Shown in pieces: positions 55,910 through 64,000 of a DNA stretch of 64,000 nucleotides. Position 1 is the stretch's first letter. Each line of letters opens with the position of its first letter. Source of the DNA: Saprolegnia diclina VS20 (Eukaryota). The stretch lies in assembly GCF_000281045.1 (NCBI RefSeq), contig NW_008246126.1, positions 34,868-98,867 of the forward strand, written 5' to 3'. The notes beneath the pieces were generated by a model, which ran no database searches, was not told the DNA's origin, and saw nothing but the letters and a program-made list of their open reading frames with translations. The position numbers were made by a program, and so were the translations under genes.

Positions 55910-58900
55910 TCAAACGTCGACGGCGTACATGCCGCGGATGACCCGGGCTGTGGCCGCGCGCACCGGATCGCGTTCGTTCTTGATCGAGTCGTCGATATAC
56001 TCCAAGCGGTCAAAGTACTGGTCGCGCCACCGGAGTCGGCCCTCGCCCGCGAACGTCACCTTGAGGACGAGCTCGCCGCAGTGGTTACCGTCCTTGAACA
56101 GCGGCGCTTCGAGCTCGACCACCCAGTCGCTGTCGGTTGGATCGCCTTGACGTGGCAGCATCGTCTGGAGAGGCACGGAGCAAATACCGATTTGGACGAG
56201 CTCGTCGTCCAGCTTTTGGTAGACGCGCGCCTCGAGCGTCATGAACACCAACTCTTGCGGCCGGAAGTCCATGCGATGGTTCCACGTCGGGCTGCTGCCG
56301 CGCTCCGCGGCGAATCCAGTGTGCGACTGATCTCCACCGAGGCTCACATTGCACTGCACCTCCATGGGGCGGGGATCTGTCCCGTGGAGGCCCTTGGCTT
56401 GTTGCACTTCAACTTGGACGTGCATGGGCTCTGTCACCGGCGGTTGCAGTGGGAAGAGGTACTTTTCGACCTCGCGGCGCAGCGAGTTGAGAACCGTGAG
56501 GATCGTCGGGCGCGACGAAGGCTCGAGCACAAGGCACTTCTCAACGATCGCCGCATAGTACGCCGGCGTCGAGGGGTCGAGGTTGTGCTGCAAGATCGGA
56601 TCGTCGAGCGTGACGTTGGCGAGGCGCTGCTCGAGAGCGTGCTCGGAGATGACCTTGTCGCCAACGCGAAAAGACGAGTACGGAAGCGCGTGCGTCGCGA
56701 GCTCCTCGAGGACCTTCCCGAACGAGAAGATGGCGGCCTTCTCCGAGTAGCGGGCACGCCCCGCGTTCATTGTCTCTGGTGCGGCCCAGCGCACGTCGCC
56801 AACGTTGCCCGTCATGGTCCCGAGCGACGGTTGGCGCAACTGGCTAAAGCCCGTGAGCACGACACGGTGCTCATCGTCCACGAGCACATGGAACGAGTTG
56901 ATGTCGCGGTGCGTATGATCGATCGCATGGAGCTCGTAGAGGCCGCGGGCGATGGTAAAGGCCATAACGAGGCGTGTGGTCCACGGCAGGGCAGCCGCAG
57001 CGGGCGTCTTCTCGAGAAGGTTCCGGAGGCTGCCACCCGGCATGTACGGCATGTAGATCGTGGGGTTTTCACTCATGTCGTTGAGCCCCGACGCGCCGAG
57101 GATCTGGATCAGCGAGCCGTGCCCGCCGTTCAACCTAGACGATAATATCTTAGATGCTATAGGAGGTTGAGACAAACACACCGGCGCAAATTGGCAAACG
57201 AGCGCTTGACCTTGTCCAGCGTCGTTACAAGCGCCCCATTCCAGCGAAGTGCCTCGACGGCGGACGGGTCGAGACTCTTGCGCACCAACGTGACGACCTC
57301 GTTGTTGACCCGGTTCTTGAGGCTGACCTTGTGCAAGATGAAGAGGTCGCCGCGCCAGAGCGGCTGTTCATCAACGAAGTCGACTTCTTTGGCATCAATG
57401 TACGGCGTCGACTGGAGTGTGAGCACGTCCGCCCGCTCTTGCTGGAGCTTCTTCTTCTCTTCTCCCAGCGCGTTGAAATGCTTTTGGTATTTGGCTTCGA
57501 GTTGCTGGTGCGCAGCTTCGAAGTCCCGGTCGGCCATTAGATCGCCGCGAACGTCCGTCCATCGTCTCAACAGAGCGAGCTCCACCTCGAACGTCTCGAC
57601 TTGCGACGCAAGCGCTGCGTAGTCTTCGAGGAGCTTCTTGTTGGCGGCTGTGCCTTCGTAGGACGCGTGGACCAGCTCGAGTCGCTCTTCTACCGGCGGC
57701 ATCTCTTCACCACAGTGCGCGCAGAGCGAGGCCGTGGGCACATTCTCTTCGTTGCACCACTCGCACGTGACGGCAAGCTTCATCTCCATCATCTTTGGTG
57801 GCAAATGACCAAGTGACGGATGAACGGCGCGCGATGGCAGCTTGTCAGCGGTCAGCGCTCGTTGAGGCTGGATCGCCGCCACCGACGCCTCCTCCGTGGA
57901 CGCGTCTCCACCGGGTGTCGCATGCGGCGTCACACGCGTCACCGGCGGCGCCATGTCGTCCTGCACCGACGGCCCATTCGGCGTCTTTTCGACTTGACGC
58001 TCGAGCGGCAGAGAGGCGACAGCGTCGGTCACGTTGCTTCTTGTCGTCACGCGTGTCGTGTCCATGCGTGGCATGGCCTTGTCGATGTCCACGGATGACG
58101 AGAGTGCTTGCGCCGCCAAGTCGCGCTTCTTGCAGAGATCGAGCGTCGACGGCCCAGCTTCAGCATTGCGCAAGTACTCGGTCGCCCGTCGCTCAAAGTG
58201 CTCGAGGTACTCGCGGAGGCAACCGCCAAACTGCACAGCAATGTCCAAGAAGCCGACGATGTCACCGTCCTTGAAGATCGGATACGTCGTTGGCCCCACC
58301 GTCGTCAAAGCCGACGCGTTCATCGCCAGCTTGAGGAATTCCATGAGCGGGATCGAGATTTTCCCGATGGTGCTCGTCGTCGTCGCTGTCGACTTGAGAG
58401 TGACCTCGACGGTATGCGCAAGCGGCTCAATGTCGCGCAGCGTCGCATATTGGTTGACGGCATGCGTGACGCTGCCGGTGACACGCTCGAGCTGGATCGG
58501 GTCGCGGTCGCAGTCATCGATCTTGAGCTCGCACCACATGTCGTAACTGGACGCAGAAACCTTTGAGGTCGGCACCACGGTCGTCGTGACGAGCGTGATT
58601 GTGACGTCGACCTTGATATCGTTGGGCGTCGTACAGCCAAGACCGCCGTTGTACGCTTGGCGGATCATCTCAAGCCGGCGGACGACTTCATGCGCCGTGG
58701 GCCGGCGCTCCGGGTCGTACCGGATGCAAGCAAATGCGAGCGCCTCGTACTCTTTCGACGGACACTTGTTCGGGTCGTCGAACGGCTGCGTCAGCATCGG
58801 GATCGCGGTCTCGCGCTTCGAGAGCCGGACAGCAACAAGGTTGTCATCGATGGGAACCGCCCGCCCACGAGAGGTCACATGCGTGAACGGGAGCTCACAG

Positions 58901-60971
58901 GTGACGAGCGAGATCAAAACCAGGCCAAGTCCGAAAATATCGATCTTGTCCGTGTACGTCGTGGCATCATTGTCGTCGGTCTCTGCCAAAGTCTCAGGGG
59001 CACCCCAGCGAGCTTCTGTGATACCATTCGTGAGATAAGACTTGTCCAGCTGGACTTGGCGCATCTTGAGGCCAGCGAAGACCTTGACGTCGCCAGTCGC
59101 ATCGACAAAAACGCTGGACCACGAGACGTCGCGGTGCATACACCCGAGGTCGTGGAGGTGCACCATGGCCTTGGCGACTTGCGACGCGATCCAGAGCTTC
59201 TCGGACCACGTCGCGTCTTGCTTGACCATGAGGTACTCGCTGAGGGGCAAGCCCGTGCCGTGCTCGACGTACGCGATCGGGTCGTTCGAGTCGAGGTTGC
59301 AACCGCCAATGAGGCGGAGGAGCGTGCCGTTGCCGCCATCGAGCCTGGAAGACAGTGAGCATAAACTTGTGGAACTAGGGCGAAAAAACGTACGCTTGCA
59401 TAAGGGCTAGGGTCTTCTTGAAGCGCAGAAGAACGTCCTTGTCGCCTCCGAATTGGTCCTGGAGCTGCATGCGCAGCACGAGCGTCCCGTCTGGGAGCCG
59501 GCCGGGCGTGAGTTTGGCAAATGGATAGTCGCGCTTGTCAAAGCCAAGGGGNNNNNNNNNNNNNNNNNNNNNNNNNNNNNNNNNNNNNNNNNNNNNNNNN
59601 NNNNNNNNNNNNNNNNNNNNNNNNNNNNNNNNNNNNNNNNNNNNNNNNNNNNNNNNNNNNNNNNNNNNNNNNNNNNNNNNNNNNNNNNNNNNNNNNNNNN
59701 NNNNNNNNNNNNNNNNNNNNNNNNNNNNNNNNNNNNNNNNNNNNNNNNNNNNNNNNNNNNNNNNNNNNNNNNNNNNNNNNNNNNNNNNNNNNNNNNNNNN
59801 NNNNNNNNNNNNNNNNNNNNNNNNNNNNNNNNNNNNNNNNNNNNNNNNNNNNNNNNNNNNNNNNNNNNNNNNNNNNNNNNNNNNNNNNNNNNNNNNNNNN
59901 NNNNNNNNNNNNNNNNNNNNNNNNNNNNNNNNNNNNNNNNNNNNNNNNNNNNNNNNNNNNNNNNNNNNNNNNNNNNNNNNNNNNNNNNNNNNNNNNNNNN
60001 NNNNNNNNNNNNNNNNNNNNNNNNNNNNNNNNNNNNNNNNNNNNNNNNNNNNNNNNNNNNNNNNNNNNNNNNNNNNNNNNNNNNNNNNNNNNNNNNNNNN
60101 NNNNNNNNNNNNNNNNNNNNNNNNNNNNNNNNNNNNNNNNNNNNNNNNNNNNNNNGGACGCGTCTCGGACTCCATCCTACAGGTTCCACAACGCGTAAGT
60201 TGTGCATCCATAGAGTCGATTACGTACATTGTTTGCCCGGTTTATGCCGGTGCCCGCAGCGAGAAGCAACGTGACCGCGTCACAGTGGCCCGGTTGGGAC
60301 GCAATGTGCAGAGGTGTCCAACCATTCTACAGGTTCCACGCCGCATGAGTCCCTTCGTCAAAAAGTCAAGTACGTACATCGGACGCCGTAGGCGGCGGCG
60401 CAAGCGTCACTGGCAGAGCCATGCCGTTCTGCACCGGGTCGACCAGAGCGTAGTGTAGCTTCTGTATCTCGGCGACCGCTGCACTGGCCTCTGTCGGCAA
60501 CGCTGCAAGGCACTGCGCCACCACGTCGATGACGCGGGCTGGGCAGGTGACAACGGCTGACTTTGTCAGCAGCGACCGCATGTGCTGGATCGCCGCCATC
60601 AACGCCTCTTCCACGGACGCGGCTCCGTCCGACGTCGCATCCGCCGGCGTCACTGGTAGAGCCATGTCGTTCTGCACCGGGACGGCCAGAGCGACGCGCA
60701 GCTTCTGCATCTCGGTGATGGCCGAGCTCGTCTCGACCGGCAAGACCGCGAGGCACTGCACCACCACGTCGATGACGCGGCGTGGGCAGGTGGCAACGGC
60801 CGGCTTTGTCAGCAGCGACCGCATGTGCTGGATCGCCGCCATCAACGCCTCCTTCGTAGCCGCGACGTTGTTGGGCGTCGTAGGCGCCATGTCGTTCCGC
60901 ACCTCGTCGGCCTGCGTCTTGCGCTCCGCGTACTCTAGTTGGGCGGGAACAACGTCTTGCGATAATTTCAT
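55910..60971 (-). CDS. Multidomain protein: helical module x2 - ankyrin - [gap] - pseudokinase - C2 - Zn-ribbon/coiled-coil - pseudokinase - C2
   Basis: TKL-like domains (HRDVSWSSV/FAG/RWGAPE; HRDINSFHV/GFS/RWAAPE), C2-like strands (VEVQQAKGL...SPTWN), CEWC-x10-CAHC, and a 99-nt ankyrin exon 60228-60326. Joining across the gap is inferred. Confidence 0.7.
59552..60155. other. Assembly gap (N run)
   Basis: Ns. Confidence 1.
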
Positions 60972-61902
60972 GGGGTTTCTGCTGAATGGATGGAGCACAC
61001 GGAATGAAGCTCTAGATGCGCAAAAGGTAAATCATCGCATGAACACGGCGACGTACTTTGCGGCTTGAAGCCGCTGGTCTAGCTCCAACGTATTCTCGTC
61101 GTGGACCTCGCTCAATAAAGGTTGGCTGGATGCTTGCAGCAAGCTCAAAGCATCGCCGTGGCTTGGGGCAGCAATCGACTACACGCAACAACACGTGTCC
61201 ATCAGTATGAAGGCAAAAGCGAACCTCGGCCTCGCCGTAGATAGCGGGTTGGATCTCGGTGGCGGTCGTTGTGGACGCTGCGCTCTATTGAGGTGTAAGC
61301 TAGCTCGGACCATAGGACGGGCCATCTACCTCGTCCTTCTCGGGTCCCGAATGCTCCTTGCGCGGGGTAGTCGACACGTTCATTGTCGGCCTGTTCCCAG
61401 TGTGATCATCTTGATGCATTTTGCTTTCCGGATAATACGGTAAATTCGTCAAGTGACTATCGCGTATCCGGATACGGACGGCAAGTTGCAACCTGATTGG
61501 ACAAAATGGTGGACTGACTGCGCAATTTGGCCAATCGCGAATGGGGAATGCCTGGCGACACGTCTGATTGGGCACACCGCGCGGGCACATGGGCAGTCAG
61601 TTGTACGAAGCCGCAGTTTTCGTGCTGCTACCTCAAAGGCGGACTCGACCTGCTCCAGAGTCCTTCGTTGCCGAGACCGGGTAGGGCCACGTGTGCGCGC
61701 CGTCGTCTCCTTCCCATTCTTATAGTGAGCTGTACTGTAGAGCGGCAGAGTTCCGAGGCGCGCTTCCGAGTCTGGTATCAATCCCGCGTCCTCCCATGAG
61801 TCATCCGAATCCCGAAGTGTACGCGTGACGATGCAGGAAGGCGCTGGCTCATGACGTCGTATATGCAGATGGCGTCAGCACATTGCCAATCAAGGCGAGC
61901 GG

Positions 61903-62256
61903 ATGCTGGCCGCACTTGAAGATATGATTCGGCAAGTCAACCGGCAAGTCGTTGGCCAACTCTTTGGCAACGTACTGGACGTCTCGGTGCAGTGCCTCGC
62001 AGCCTTACCAATGCCCACAAGCCGTGTCCTTGCCGTCATACAAGACTTGCGGTACATCTATCACTTGCATTTCCGCGCGGACCTGCCCCCGCCGCTGGCC
62101 TTCAGGAATGCACTCCAAGCTTTCTCGCCGCTGATCAACGAGCACACGGTCGCTCAACATCGGGACCGGGTGTTGGACCTGCTAGAGCAGCTTGCCGTGG
62201 CCTTTGACATCAACGACAACGTTGTTTTGCAAATGGTGCATGAGCTGCGGTACTAG
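61903..62256 (+). CDS. Small protein made of two copies of the unrecognised helical module (may have an upstream exon)
   Basis: VLDVSVQCLAALPMPTSRVLAVIQDLRY and VLDLLEQLAVAFDINDNVVLQMVHELRY. Confidence 0.6.
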   Translation: MLAALEDMIRQVNRQVVGQLFGNVLDVSVQCLAALPMPTSRVLAVIQDLRYIYHLHFRADLPPPLAFRNALQAFSPLINEHTVAQHRDRVLDLLEQLAVAFDINDNVVLQMVHELRY

Positions 62257-62480
62257 TACGACAGGTGTTACCGTCACGCTCAGCGTCGAACCGGTCAAGG
62301 AAGAGCCTGTTCCACTCGACAAAAACGTAGACTCAATATGTAATGTAGCTTGGTCGAATTGTTGTCAAACTTGGTGTGTGTTGCTCGGGAGGCGAGGTTG
62401 GCCGACAGAGTTGCAAAGGTTGTTGTTGGAATGAGTCTATGGAGATATTATTTCCCACAGGTTTTTCCAAGGTTGTCATA

Positions 62481-62520
62481 TTCGACGAGTTGCCCACTCA
62501 TTCGACGAGTTGCCCACTCG
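62481..62520. repeat. 20-bp direct tandem duplication (TTCGACGAGTTGCCCACTCR) x2
   Basis: Read directly from the sequence. Confidence 0.8.
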
Positions 62521-62944
62521 ACGAAAGCAAACCTCGGGCGCGACCGTGGTGGCGCCAAGGACCGAGTCGTCTGGCAGCTTGCTGTAGCCAGTGCCACCAT
62601 TGATACCGTGTGTTCCGCGACCAAATCGCAAACTCGACTGGGTGAACGGCTGCGCCGTTGGTGTCGCCGCTGCGTAGAGATCGTCAAACTACCCGCCCGT
62701 TGCGTCGCCAAACGTGAGCGGGCTGTGACCACTTTTGCACGCAATGAGGCATACGACCAAACGACAGGTTGCATATCCCAAGAGTGGCTACGTTCATCGA
62801 GTCGCGTACGAACAGAGCTCGCTAGGCTGGTGTCGGCTCGTTCTTTCGTACGTTGAACTTCGTTTACCATGGTGTCGAGACGAGTTAGCGCACTAGTACA
62901 CCGTACTGGAGTACATACGATTTTGGGATGGAGGACCGAGAGGT

Positions 62945-62999
62945 CTTGGCTGCAAGGTGGTGCTTGTACCGGTATTGCTCCCACCATCGTCCAACGGCG
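62945..62999 (-). pseudogene. Deleted fragment of a paralogue of the 54-kb Myb gene
   Basis: Minus strand reads cgccgttggacgatggtgg...aataccggtacaagcaccaccttgcagccaag, nearly identical to Myb gene 54423-54441 and 54530-54561, with the middle missing. Confidence 0.65.
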
Positions 63000-63175
63000 N
63001 NNNNNNNNNNNNNNNNNNNNNNNNNNNNNNNNNNNNNNNNNNNNNNNNNNNNNNNNNNNNNNNNNNNNNNNNNNNNNNNNNNNNNNNNNNNNNNNNNNNN
63101 NNNNNNNNNNNNNNNNNNNNNNNNNNNNNNNNNNNNNNNNNNNNNNNNNNNNNNNNNNNNNNNNNNNNNNNNNNN
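63000..63175. other. Assembly gap (N run)
   Basis: Ns. Confidence 1.
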
Positions 63176-64000
63176 GGACAAAGCGAGGGCGGTAGTGGCG
63201 CTGGACAATATACTCCAAAATCTTGGGTCCGGGCGCGTCGACATTTGCATATGGCTCGTTCCGCGTCAGCACTTCAACAATGACTAGACATGGCTCCATG
63301 ATGCACGACGTCGCGACGGGATTGAAAGAGGTAGGGCGTACGCATCGCAAAGCTGTACACGTCGACGCTTTTCGTATAGTTGGTCGTGCCCATGAGGATC
63401 TCGGGGGCCGCGTACGGCGAAATGCCCATGACCGACTTGGTGTCGAGCCGCGCATCTTGGCGACAAAACTCAAAGTTGCCGATCTTGGCCTCGCCCGTCG
63501 AGCTACAAAACGGGACTAATATCAGAATCTTTGCGCAAGCAGCGGTACGTACACAACCACGTAAACACACTGCGTCGAGAGCGTGCGGTGGATGATGTCG
63601 AGTTGGTGGAGGTGCTGCATGCCTTTGGCCACGTTGTAGAGGAAGTAGAGAATACTCTGCACGTTGAGCGACTCGGTTTGGAGGATATCGCGGAGCGTAC
63701 ACGTGTCGAGGCACTCGGTGGCCACAAACCTAAGAGACGACGCGTCACGTGGATAGCACAAAGCTAAGCGCCGTACATGTGCCCGTCCTTGGCCCCGACG
63801 CCGACGTATTCGAGCAAATTGGGGTGTCGCACTTCGTGGAGAAGCCCCGCAATGCGGCGCAGCATGACCACCGTACGGGCATCGAGGGCGCCAATCGGGA
63901 TCAGGTGGCAGTTGATGTTGCGATGCGACGAGCCATTGGCACTCAAGAGCGAGGCATATCGGACTATCGCAAACGGCTCTTGCACCGGAATGTGCGACGC
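63176..64000 (-). CDS. TKL-like kinase domain, probable pseudokinase; partial (gap and window edge)
   Basis: RHPNLLEYVG, VAKGMQHLH..IIHRTLSTQCV, AKIGNFE, YAAPEIL, DVYSF, YRP; HRD->HRT and DFG->NFE. Confidence 0.78.

Noticed and set aside
37954..57145. Other long antisense or shifted ORFs (e.g. 37954-39072, 39562-40416, 47415-48512, 56081-57145)
   Set aside because: Shadows of real GC-rich genes; Arg/Ala/Val-rich with no family motifs.
59375..63473. ORFs containing long X runs
   Set aside because: Artefacts of reading through N gaps.

Overview
Gene-dense eukaryotic DNA: GC-rich exons, very short (~45-70 nt) GT-AG introns often ending in CTAG/GTAG, Inr/FPR-like and CCAAT promoter motifs. This fits an oomycete, probably Saprolegniales (inference). 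The left and middle parts carry an NAD-glutamate dehydrogenase, an STPG/SHIPPO-repeat protein, four tandem CAMK-like kinases, an ankyrin-TRP channel, an LPA1/2-PGK-like P-loop protein, a nucleotide-sugar transporter, SKI2, a membrane subtilase, an intact DD34E Tc1/mariner element, DPM1, an F-box-like gene, a PX-BAR sorting nexin and a secreted Reelin-like/GH16-like protein. The right end (48.5-64 kb) is an accessory-looking cluster. There, an unrecognised ~60-aa helical module (LLTKxxVxTC..VxD...QCxAxLP.E......LRxAL) recurs in four loci: apparently fused to an R2R3-Myb, at the N-terminus of an ankyrin/tandem pseudokinase-C2 protein, and in two small module-only proteins. A further pseudokinase and a Myb relic lie alongside. 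This cluster is the best candidate for an undescribed system. Gene models were spliced by eye and no searches were run. Two assembly gaps limit interpretation.
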